Below, one piece after another: positions 1 to 8,945 of a stretch of 64,000 nucleotides of DNA. The notes beneath the pieces were generated by a model, which worked only from the letters and a program-made list of their open reading frames with translations, made no database searches and had not been told where the DNA came from. Origin of the DNA: a phage; assembly GCA_024790105.1 (NCBI GenBank), contig GCA_024790105.1_3053.1. One strand, given 5' to 3'. Position numbers and translations under genes: made by a program. Each line of letters begins with the position of its first letter. Positions within the stretch are counted from its first letter, which is position 1.

Positions 1-111
1 AATTGCACACTCATATGGAAAAATATTTTCTTTTATTATTTTGTCTTTCAGCTTTCCTGTGCTAAAATTTGGGTGTTTTCCTTCAAAAATTTCAGCTAAT
101 TTAGTATCCAT
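1..111 (-). CDS. hypothetical protein, 5' part only (ORF runs off window start)
   Basis: ATG at 109-111 on minus strand; open frame to position 1 (MDTKLAEIFEGKHPNF...); middle-promoter-like motif upstream. Confidence 0.4.
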   Translation of the reverse strand, partial: MDTKLAEIFEGKHPNFSTGKLKDKIIKENIFPYECAI

Positions 112-187
112 AATATGATTCCCAATTATTAACAAAGGCTCTCAAGCAAGAACCCTTGATGATAGAGGGTATTAATCAGTGCGATAT

Positions 188-220
188 GAGTTAATAATAA
201 CAAATAATTCTTAAAGCATA
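188..220 (-). promoter_or_regulatory. putative MotA-dependent middle promoter (MotA box ATGCTTTA, 12-nt spacer, TATTAT)
   Basis: minus-strand reading AAATATGCTTTAAGAATTATTTGTTATTATTAA; near-identical copy at 61165-61197. Confidence 0.45.
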
Positions 221-221
221 T

Positions 222-509
222 TTACCATTTATGATAATACATATTTACGATGCATTCAAGACCCAAAGGATTCTTGAAAATATCATATTCAAGAGGACCT
301 TTTTCTGTTTCAATAAAGAAATCAAAATTTACTGTATTAAATTTACGGTCTTCCTTCACTAATTTAACTTGAGAAGATGAACGGTCAATGTAAACCTTTT
401 CAACTTCAAAACATGTTAAAACGCCATAATCATCAATCAAGGCTTTAGCCGCGTCTTGATCATATTTATATCCATTTTCAATGGATGATACTTTCGCATA
501 AAGAATCAT
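222..509 (-). CDS. hypothetical protein (95 aa)
   Basis: ORF track; compact tandem arrangement with neighbours. Confidence 0.5.
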   Translation of the reverse strand: MILYAKVSSIENGYKYDQDAAKALIDDYGVLTCFEVEKVYIDRSSSQVKLVKEDRKFNTVNFDFFIETEKGPLEYDIFKNPLGLECIVNMYYHKW

Positions 510-511
510 TA

Positions 512-916
512 TTAACCTTTATCAACAATAGTATGTGTATGGGCATTTACGATTTGCCACCAGTCAAAACTATCGCCAAATCGTTTTGATTTATTGTCTT
601 CAATAATTTGGCGTAATTCATCTTCTGTTTCAGCATACGCAATCAAATCATCATATCCACCGCAAGGATAGTAATTATCGCCTGCGAACAAAAGAAAATT
701 TACTTTAGATGGGTCTATATAATAATGCTCTTTAGGATATTTAGTTCCTTTCCAATCAGTTACTTCAACATAATGGTAAGAAAATCCATTTTTACTTTCA
801 ACCCAACTCCACGCTTCAAAAGGAGTATTAAAAACTCTATCAGGTATTAAATTACCTTCAAAATGAGAAGGATTTGCATAATCCCCAGCATAAACATAAT
901 ATTCGTTAATATTCAT
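512..916 (-). CDS. hypothetical protein (134 aa)
   Basis: ORF track; stop/start abutting flanking ORFs. Confidence 0.5.
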   Translation of the reverse strand: MNINEYYVYAGDYANPSHFEGNLIPDRVFNTPFEAWSWVESKNGFSYHYVEVTDWKGTKYPKEHYYIDPSKVNFLLFAGDNYYPCGGYDDLIAYAETEDELRQIIEDNKSKRFGDSFDWWQIVNAHTHTIVDKG

Positions 917-1102
917 TTATTCACCTTTAGAAATTTTATCCATAACGATAGCAATTAAACCAATTAAAAATGCTACTACAAGTGAAAACACATTTTCTGC
1001 TGTAGTTAATAATCCACATATAAATCCAACAAACATTGAAAAACTAAAAGCGGAAGCAGAAATTGCAATAGCAACATTTCGAATTAATTCACAACGTTTC
1101 AT
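917..1102 (-). CDS. small hydrophobic (probable two-helix membrane) protein
   Basis: 61-aa ORF dominated by hydrophobic stretches (FSMFVGFICGLL, FSLVVAFLIGLIAIV). Confidence 0.5.
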   Translation of the reverse strand: MKRCELIRNVAIAISASAFSFSMFVGFICGLLTTAENVFSLVVAFLIGLIAIVMDKISKGE

Positions 1103-1124
1103 TTTATTCTCCTCGGTAGTTGAT

Positions 1125-1165
1125 AGGGTAATAGTATCACAACTAAAACCCTATGTAAACAACTT
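1125..1165 (-). promoter_or_regulatory. T4-type early promoter with flanking stem-loop (PeSL-like cassette)
   Basis: minus strand GTTTAC - 18 nt - TACTAT; inverted repeat ATAGGGT/ACCCTAT brackets the -10; shares a 31-bp block with 1483-1513. Confidence 0.5.
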
Positions 1166-1172
1166 TGTGAAA

Positions 1173-1430
1173 TTATTTTAAATCTTCTAATCGTTTCTTC
1201 ATCTTAGAACCATTTTTAGCAATTTCTCCTGCATCGGAGCATAATGCTAAAAGTGCTTTAACTTTAGTTTGGTCTCCTTTAAAAGATGAAGGATCGACTG
1301 CAGCAGCAAGTTCTTTAATACGAGAGAAAAGACGCTCAGCTTCAGCTAAAGCCATTCCAAGCTTTACTTCCATGCCATGAGAAGATTCAGTAATAGTAGT
1401 TTTTGTAGCAAACTCTTTGAAAGTTTTCAT
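1173..1430 (-). CDS. internal-protein-like head protein with N-terminal capsid-targeting-like sequence
   Basis: N-terminus MKTFKEFATK...TE resembles the T4 internal-protein capsid targeting sequence (MKTYQEF...); 85 aa. Confidence 0.5.
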   Translation of the reverse strand: MKTFKEFATKTTITESSHGMEVKLGMALAEAERLFSRIKELAAAVDPSSFKGDQTKVKALLALCSDAGEIAKNGSKMKKRLEDLK

Positions 1431-1454
1431 TTTATTTTCCTAATTAATTTTGAT

Positions 1455-1495
1455 GAGGTAATAGTATCACTACCTCATCAGTATGTAAACAACTT
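1455..1495 (-). promoter_or_regulatory. T4-type early promoter with flanking stem-loop (PeSL-like cassette)
   Basis: minus strand GTTTAC - 18 nt - TACTAT; 10-bp inverted repeat TGATGAGGTA/TACCTCATCA around the -10. Confidence 0.5.
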
Positions 1496-1502
1496 TGTGA
1501 AA

Positions 1503-2199
<697 letters not shown>

Positions 2200-2200
<1 letters not shown>

Positions 2201-2913
2201 TATAGTACCTTTAGTGTATTTTTAATTTTAGAAAAAAGTTCTTCAAGAGAACCATCGTTTGTAATTACTAAATCGCCATCACGAATTGGCAATCCAGCTT
2301 CTGTAATATGTGTATCATTGGATTTTTGACCAGGACGAACTACATGAATTACTGTAGCACCCATCGCCCTAGCCGCATCCATTTCATGATCTTGACGAGT
2401 ATCAGGAACGATATAATAATCATAACCTGAGTTAAATTTATCAAGATAATCTAAAGCAAATAATTTTACCCAATACATGCGGTCGAAGTTATTAACAATC
2501 AAATCCGTACCTAGGGCTTGCATCAGACGACGGACTGACCATTGATCTTCAATATTATTTATAACGTCAGCAATCTTGTTAAATGCTACGAAATTAACTG
2601 CGTCATCAAAAACAAACACACCTTTAATTGGGCTTTTACTATTAAGATAGCAAAATGCTTGTTCCATAATCGTAATTACTTCTAATTTAGTCAGATTTAA
2701 ATTAGTTTCACGATCATAGTCAATTCCTTCAAACTCTTTACGAGTTAAACAAGGATAGTCAGTGTTTTCTGCAAATACACCCCATGCATAAGCCAATGCA
2801 TCTTTAATAGGACCAGCAAGTTGATATTTAACTGCAGAATAATTATTCATGATAAAATCTGCAGTAGTATCTTTTCCACTGCGCTTTACACCACTTAAAA
2901 AGATTAGTTTCAT
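2200..2913 (-). CDS. 1: deoxynucleoside monophosphate kinase (gp1)
   Basis: MKLIFLSGVKRSGKDTTADF P-loop start; ATG at 2911-2913 preceded by GAGGAG; ORF-track start at 2952 is probably an upstream extension. Confidence 0.9.
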
Positions 2914-2962
2914 GTGTTTCTCCTCAAATTTAATTAAGATTATAACACACAAAACTGAAGCA

Positions 2963-3493
2963 TTAAACTTCTGCTATAATTTTTCCATCTTTTTCTACTT
3001 GAAAATAGGTGTAAGGAATCGTTGCAGTACATACTAAAGCCGGGTCTGAATCTTCCGTGTAGCTAAATTCTACTTCAGACAGATCAGAAACCCAAGGCTT
3101 ATAAAAATTTATTGACATCACGATTTCAGTTTTACTATTATCTAAAATGTAAAGCGTAATGTATTCAGGACCTGTTTTTTGGGCAGTATTTTCGCCTGTA
3201 AGATAGTTGCTAGTTCCTAGCATCCATTCATACATTCCTATCCATGACTTAAGTTCTTCATCAACTATAAATCTCACGATGAGTGGGTCGTACTCAAATG
3301 TAACACCTGGACGTTGTGCTCGGCCTAGTCCAAACGGCCCAGTCACGGTATCAGTAACAGGTATCCTAATTCCCGGAATAGGAACTGACTGAGCATTTAA
3401 AGTAAAAGCAGATGTAGTATTACTATGTGGTATTGATACTACAAAGTTAGTTGTATTTGCTTGGTTAAAAATTTGTTGCAGAGCTTGCGACAT
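2963..3493 (-). CDS. 3: tail completion / tube terminator protein gp3
   Basis: synteny 1-3-2-4; internal ATG (MSQALQQ...) with GAGGAA RBS gives 176 aa. Confidence 0.75.
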   Translation of the reverse strand: MSQALQQIFNQANTTNFVVSIPHSNTTSAFTLNAQSVPIPGIRIPVTDTVTGPFGLGRAQRPGVTFEYDPLIVRFIVDEELKSWIGMYEWMLGTSNYLTGENTAQKTGPEYITLYILDNSKTEIVMSINFYKPWVSDLSEVEFSYTEDSDPALVCTATIPYTYFQVEKDGKIIAEV

Positions 3494-3599
3494 ATATTCC
3501 TCATAATGCTTTATAACTGTTAGTGGTATAATGGGTCTAAGTCCCTTCCATTCAATTCCATTTAGAACAAACAACAGAAAAGAATGGAAGATAATAGAA

Positions 3600-4424
3600 T
3601 TAGATATTTGACCAGACTTTGTTTGCAGAGAAACGTTTTCCTTTGGAGTAGAAGCTTTGGAGTGGCATCAACACAACGTTCGCCCAGTCTTTCGGGGCGA
3701 TTTCAACAAGGCTACCCATAATATTACCGGGTATATATGCCTTAATCATTTGGTCTGCACCCCTAAATCCTTTCACTTGACTCCAATCAATTTTTAATTT
3801 CGTTTTATTAGTAATAGTAGGTGTATTTGAATATTGCTTTAAAAGCTCTTCTAGAAATTGCTGACGAGCTTTAGGTGGAATATAGTGCAAGTTTAATCCG
3901 TACATTAAATTATGCTTACCTAAACCAAGGTAAATTATCAAAGGAAATTTATCCCAGTAAGGAAGAGTTTCCTTGTGTTTAGCATCATAAGCAAAAGCAT
4001 ATATTCGTCCCGGCTGCGGGCGAACAACTTTATGTCCTTTTACTTGCTTAATAGTTTCAGCAAACCATTTTCTGGTTTTATTATTAATTGCTGCGCCTTC
4101 ATTACGAATTTTATCACGCAATGTTTGTCTGAATGAATTTATCATAAGCAGTTGTCTTTCTTGCTTATTGAGCTTATTCATTGGTTTTGATTCAAGCTTT
4201 TGAATCTTTTCAGCTGTTTTAATTCCTGAAGCATATTTTGACATTGCTGAAGTAAACGTAGAGTATTTGATTCCTCTTTCTTCAGCAAATTGCTTTCCTG
4301 TCATTCCTTTTGCTTTGGCCTTTTTGTATTCAAGACCTATCTGAATCCATTTCTTTTCGTTTAATGATTGCTTAACCTTTGGAACTTGGGGAGTGCTTTC
4401 ATTAATTATTTGAAAAATAGCCAT
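3600..4424 (-). CDS. 2: DNA end-protector protein gp2
   Basis: 274 aa, basic protein; synteny. Confidence 0.8.
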   Translation of the reverse strand: MAIFQIINESTPQVPKVKQSLNEKKWIQIGLEYKKAKAKGMTGKQFAEERGIKYSTFTSAMSKYASGIKTAEKIQKLESKPMNKLNKQERQLLMINSFRQTLRDKIRNEGAAINNKTRKWFAETIKQVKGHKVVRPQPGRIYAFAYDAKHKETLPYWDKFPLIIYLGLGKHNLMYGLNLHYIPPKARQQFLEELLKQYSNTPTITNKTKLKIDWSQVKGFRGADQMIKAYIPGNIMGSLVEIAPKDWANVVLMPLQSFYSKGKRFSANKVWSNI

Positions 4425-4876
4425 TATGCCCCCTTAAAGCCAAGAGCTCGTAATCCATCTTCTGTTAAAATTCTAAATTTTATTCCGCGCTTTTCAGCTA
4501 AAGCTTGAGCTGCTTTCCATTTATCAGTATTAACGGAATATGTATAAATTTCATTCATAAATCTTTTCTTCGCTGCAGTTGTTAGATGTGCTGGTTTAAC
4601 TGGTGGTTGTGTTTCTTTTTTAGGTTTTATTTCAATAAAAAATTCTTGTCCAGAAGAATCTTTCATCCAAATATCCATGAAGTATCTACGTTTTTTCCCT
4701 TCTGCATTACAAAAATAAGGAATTACTGCTGTTTCACTACCCCATGCAATAATTTCTGGATTTTTATCTAACCATTCAAAAAAGAATTTTTCCCAATTTG
4801 ATCTATACGTAATTTTTTTAGGGTCACCTCTATATTTTGATATATTTTTAGGAACCCATTTTCCAGAATATGCCAT
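4424..4876 (-). CDS. 4: head completion protein gp4
   Basis: 150 aa; synteny; divergent late promoter upstream. Confidence 0.8.
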   Translation of the reverse strand: MAYSGKWVPKNISKYRGDPKKITYRSNWEKFFFEWLDKNPEIIAWGSETAVIPYFCNAEGKKRRYFMDIWMKDSSGQEFFIEIKPKKETQPPVKPAHLTTAAKKRFMNEIYTYSVNTDKWKAAQALAEKRGIKFRILTEDGLRALGFKGA

Positions 4877-4887
4877 TGGATTCTCCT

Positions 4888-4895
4888 TATAAATA
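4888..4895 (+). promoter_or_regulatory. late promoter TATAAATA (gene 53)
   Basis: exact TATAAATA ~28 nt upstream of gene 53 ATG. Confidence 0.6.
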
Positions 4896-4902
4896 GATAA
4901 TA

Positions 4903-4910
4903 TATTTATA
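4903..4910 (-). promoter_or_regulatory. late promoter TATAAATA (gene 4, divergent)
   Basis: exact TATAAATA on minus strand ~27 nt upstream of gene 4 start. Confidence 0.6.
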
Positions 4911-4923
4911 AACAGGAGGGCCC

Positions 4924-5514
4924 ATGCTCTTTACATTTTTTGATCCGATTGAATATGCGGCCAAAACGGTGAATAAAAACGCGCCGACTATTCCTATGAC
5001 AGATATTTTTAGAAACTATAAAGACTATTTCAAACGCGCTCTTGCTGGATACCGCTTACGTACTTATTATATTAAAGGTTCACCACGCCCGGAAGAATTA
5101 GCAAATACTATATATGGAAATCCACAGTTGTATTGGGTTTTATTGATGTGTAATGATAATTATGACCCGTATTATGGATGGATTACTTCGCAAGAAGCTG
5201 CTTATCAGGCATCTATACAAAAATACAAAAACGTAGGTGGAGACCAAATAGTATATCATGTAAATGAGAACGGTGAAAAATTTTATAATTTAGTATCATA
5301 CGATGATAATCCATATGTTTGGTATGACAAAGGTGATAAAGCTAGAAAATATCCTCAATATGAAGGAGCACTTGCTGCTGTTAATACGTATGAAGCTGCT
5401 GTTCTTGAAAATGAAAAACTTCGTCAAATAAAAATAATAGCAAAATCAGACATTAATTCATTTATGAACGACCTTATACGTATAATGGAGAAATCTTATG
5501 GAAATGATAAGTAA
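4924..5514 (+). CDS. 53: baseplate wedge protein gp53
   Basis: 196 aa; synteny immediately upstream of gene 5. Confidence 0.8.
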   Translation: MLFTFFDPIEYAAKTVNKNAPTIPMTDIFRNYKDYFKRALAGYRLRTYYIKGSPRPEELANTIYGNPQLYWVLLMCNDNYDPYYGWITSQEAAYQASIQKYKNVGGDQIVYHVNENGEKFYNLVSYDDNPYVWYDKGDKARKYPQYEGALAAVNTYEAAVLENEKLRQIKIIAKSDINSFMNDLIRIMEKSYGNDK

Positions 5515-7228
5515 TAACCTTAATTGGTTTGTTGGTGTTGTTGAAGATAGAATGGACCCATTAAAATTAGGTCGTGTTCGTGTTCGTGTGGTTGGTCTGC
5601 ATCCACCACAAAGAGCACAAGGTGATGTAATGGGTATTCCAACTGAAAAATTGCCATGGATGTCAGTTATTCAGCCTATAACTTCGGCAGCTATGTCTGG
5701 AATTGGAGGTTCCGTTACTGGACCGGTAGAAGGAACTAGAGTTTATGGTCATTTTTTGGACAAATGGAAAACTAACGGAATTGTCCTTGGCACGTATGGT
5801 GGAATAGTTCGCGAAAAACCGAATAGACTTGAAGGATTTTCTGACCCAACTGGGCAGTATCCTAGACGTTTAGGAAATGATACTAACGTACTAAACCAAG
5901 GCGGAGAAGTAGGATATGATTCATCTTCTAACATTATCCAAGATAGTAACTTAGACACTGCAATAAATCCTGATGATAGACCACTATCAGAGATTCCAAC
6001 TGATGATAATCCAAATATGTCAATGGCTGAAATGCTTCGCCGTGATGAAGGATTAAGACTAAAAGTTTATTGGGATACCGAAGGATATCCGACAATTGGT
6101 ATTGGTCATCTTATCATGAAGCAGCCAGTTCGTGATATGGCTCAAATTAATAAAGTTTTATCGAAACAAGTTGGTCGTGAAATTACTGGAAACCCAGGTT
6201 CTATTACAATGGAAGAAGCGGTAACTTTATTTGAACGCGATTTGGCTGATATGCAACGTGACATTAAATCACATTCTAAAGTAGGACCAGTCTGGCAAGC
6301 TGTCAACCGTTCTCGTCAAATGGCATTAGAAAATATGGCATTTCAGATGGGTGTTGGCGGTGTAGCTAAATTTAACACAATGTTAACTGCTATGTTAGCA
6401 GGAGATTGGGAAAAAGCATATAAAGCTGGTCGTGATTCATTGTGGTATCAACAAACAAAAGGCCGTGCATCCCGTGTTACCATGATTATTCTTACGGGGA
6501 ATTTGGAATCATATGGTGTTGAAGTGAAAACTCCAGCTAGGTCTTTGTCGGCAATGGCTGCTACTGTGGCGAAGTCTTCTGATCCAGCTGACCCTCCTAT
6601 TCCAAATGACTCAAGAATTTTATTCAAAGAACCAGTTTCTTCATATAAAGGCGAATATCCTTATGTGCATACAATGGAAACTGAAAGTGGACATATTCAG
6701 GAATTTGATGATACCCCTGGGCAAGAACGATATAGATTAGTTCATCCAACTGGAACTTATGAAGAAGTATCACCGTCAGGGAGAAGAACAAGAAAAACTG
6801 TTGATAATTTGTATGATATAACCAACGCTGATGGTAATTTTTTGGTAGCCGGTGATAAAAAGACTAACGTCGGTGGTTCAGAAATTTATTATAACATGGA
6901 TAATCGTCTTCACCAAATAGATGGAAGCAATACAATATTTGTACGTGGCGATGAAACTAAGACGGTTGAAGGTAATGGAACTATCCTAGTTAAAGGTAAT
7001 GTTACTATTGTAGTTGAAGGTAATGCTGACATTACAGTTAAAGGAGATGCTACTACTTTAGTTGAAGGAAATCAGACTAATACAGTAAATGGAAATCTTT
7101 CTTGGAAAGTTGCTGGGACAGTTGATTGGGACGTTGGTGGTGATTGGACAGAAAAAATGGCATCTATGAGTTCTATTTCATCTGGTCAATACACAATTGA
7201 TGGTAGCCGTATAGACGTAGGTTTATAA
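5498..7228 (+). CDS. 5: baseplate central spike with lysozyme domain (gp5)
   Basis: 576 aa; lysozyme-like segment EMLRRDEGLRLKVYWDTEGYPTIGIGHL; C-terminal 8-residue beta-helix repeats (VEGNGTILVKGNVTIVVEGNADITVKGD). Confidence 0.95.
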   Translation: MEMISNNLNWFVGVVEDRMDPLKLGRVRVRVVGLHPPQRAQGDVMGIPTEKLPWMSVIQPITSAAMSGIGGSVTGPVEGTRVYGHFLDKWKTNGIVLGTYGGIVREKPNRLEGFSDPTGQYPRRLGNDTNVLNQGGEVGYDSSSNIIQDSNLDTAINPDDRPLSEIPTDDNPNMSMAEMLRRDEGLRLKVYWDTEGYPTIGIGHLIMKQPVRDMAQINKVLSKQVGREITGNPGSITMEEAVTLFERDLADMQRDIKSHSKVGPVWQAVNRSRQMALENMAFQMGVGGVAKFNTMLTAMLAGDWEKAYKAGRDSLWYQQTKGRASRVTMIILTGNLESYGVEVKTPARSLSAMAATVAKSSDPADPPIPNDSRILFKEPVSSYKGEYPYVHTMETESGHIQEFDDTPGQERYRLVHPTGTYEEVSPSGRRTRKTVDNLYDITNADGNFLVAGDKKTNVGGSEIYYNMDNRLHQIDGSNTIFVRGDETKTVEGNGTILVKGNVTIVVEGNADITVKGDATTLVEGNQTNTVNGNLSWKVAGTVDWDVGGDWTEKMASMSSISSGQYTIDGSRIDVGL

Positions 7229-7247
7229 ATAATTCCAGAGGTGAATT

Positions 7248-8114
7248 ATGAAAAAATCTAACACAGTTCAATTTAGATACATATATAAAACAACCGTTAC
7301 TAATCCGAAAGGATTAGTACGTGTTTATATTGGTAAACATGAATCTAGATATTTTGATTTAGAAAATGATAAGTATAGAGGTTCCGGTGATTATATTAAA
7401 AAGATACGTAATAAACCTGGTTATAAAATAGATTTTGAAATAATTGAATTTGTTTCTACTTATGAAATTCTCAATTCAAGAGAAAGATATTGGATTTCGA
7501 AATATAAATCATCTGATATTCTATGTACCAATATAAAATCCGGCGGTGATGGTTTTTCATCCGAAGATTTGAAGAGAATGTGGTCTAATCCTGAATATAG
7601 GAAAGCTCAATTGAAGGCATTAGCTAAATCAACGTCAACTAAAGAATTTTCAGAGAAAATATCTAAAATAAACAAAGAAAGATGCGCATCGCCAGAATAT
7701 CGAAAGAAAATGAGTAATGCGATGAAAACTGCTTTTGAAAATGATCCAACATTAAAAATTCGTATTTCTAATACCGTTAAATCTTTATGGAAATCCGATG
7801 AATATAGAAACAAATTAATTAATCATCCAGGAAAAATAGAAGGAACGAAACAATCATGGAATGATCCTTTGATAAGAAAATCGAGATTAGATGCTAGAAA
7901 TAAAAAACTAAGATCAGTTGAACCTTGGATTAGTATAGAAAAAGTCAAAAAACTTTGGGAGGATTTGGGAAAACCACATCCACAGAAATACAAATGGTTT
8001 AGAGAAAAAGCAATTGAACACGACCTCCCGGATGTAAGTTATAACGCAATTTTAAAAGCGTTGAAAAAATGTGATTATAAATTTACATCATTAGAGAATT
8101 CAACAATTGGCTAA
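7248..8114 (+). CDS. GIY-YIG family homing endonuclease (Seg-like), free-standing
   Basis: N-terminal YIY...VYIGK motif; C-terminal repeated NUMOD3-like segments (SNPEYRKAQ, ASPEYRKKMS, KSDEYRNKL). Confidence 0.8.
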   Translation: MKKSNTVQFRYIYKTTVTNPKGLVRVYIGKHESRYFDLENDKYRGSGDYIKKIRNKPGYKIDFEIIEFVSTYEILNSRERYWISKYKSSDILCTNIKSGGDGFSSEDLKRMWSNPEYRKAQLKALAKSTSTKEFSEKISKINKERCASPEYRKKMSNAMKTAFENDPTLKIRISNTVKSLWKSDEYRNKLINHPGKIEGTKQSWNDPLIRKSRLDARNKKLRSVEPWISIEKVKKLWEDLGKPHPQKYKWFREKAIEHDLPDVSYNAILKALKKCDYKFTSLENSTIG

Positions 8115-8643
8115 CATACTTCCAATGAGCGCTGATTTAGGAGAATCCATGGAAGGTTCTTCTATCGACGTCACCTTTACCGCTCAATTAGAAACAGGTG
8201 AAACGTTAGTATCTATAAATATAACTAGTTACGAAGAAACTCCTGGGGTTTTAGTAGAAGAAAATCGTTTATATGGAACGTATGAATCTGTATTTGGATT
8301 TGGAAATGACGCGTTGAAATATCGTTTAGGCGATGAATTTAAAACTGCTGCTTCATGGGAAGAACTTCCTACTGATTCTGACACTCAGTTGTATTTGTGG
8401 AAAGCTCCTCAAAATCTCCAGAAGACATTCACTTACGAAGTAACATTAATATATGACTACCAAGAACAAAGTGAATCTGGAGGTTCTGGCAGTAATTCTA
8501 GGTCATCTTCTGATACTACTGAACCGACAGATCCTCCTACTCCAGTAAGAAAAACTCTCGTTAAAAATTATACTAAAACTATAGTTGGAAATTGGAGTCG
8601 TTGGGCTAATAAATTAAGAAGCTATGTGTATGAGAGGTCATAG
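8107..8643 (+). CDS. hypothetical protein with Ser/Thr/Pro-rich linker (in gene 5-5.4 cluster)
   Basis: 178-aa ORF; low-complexity segment SESGGSGSNSRSSSDTTEPTDPPTPV; exact start uncertain. Confidence 0.5.
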   Translation: MANILPMSADLGESMEGSSIDVTFTAQLETGETLVSINITSYEETPGVLVEENRLYGTYESVFGFGNDALKYRLGDEFKTAASWEELPTDSDTQLYLWKAPQNLQKTFTYEVTLIYDYQEQSESGGSGSNSRSSSDTTEPTDPPTPVRKTLVKNYTKTIVGNWSRWANKLRSYVYERS

Positions 8644-8937
8644 ATGTCAGGATTAAGTTATGATAAGTGTGTTACTGCTGGCCATGAAGCGTGGCCTCCA
8701 ACAGTTGTGAATGCTACACAAAGTAAAGTATTCACTGGAGGAATTGCTGTTCTAATAGCAGGCGATCCAATTACAGAACATACAGAAATCAAAAAGCCAT
8801 ATGAAACACATGGCGGAGTGACACAACCCAGAACTTCTAAGGTATATGTCACTGGAAAGAAAGCTGTTCAAATGGCTGATCCAATATCATGCGGTGATAC
8901 TGTGGCTCAGGCATCATCTAAAGTATTCATTAAATAG
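8644..8937 (+). CDS. 5.4: PAAR-repeat spike tip protein gp5.4
   Basis: 97 aa, matches T4 gp5.4 length and position before gene 6. Confidence 0.8.
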   Translation: MSGLSYDKCVTAGHEAWPPTVVNATQSKVFTGGIAVLIAGDPITEHTEIKKPYETHGGVTQPRTSKVYVTGKKAVQMADPISCGDTVAQASSKVFIK

Positions 8938-8945
8938 GATTTAAA

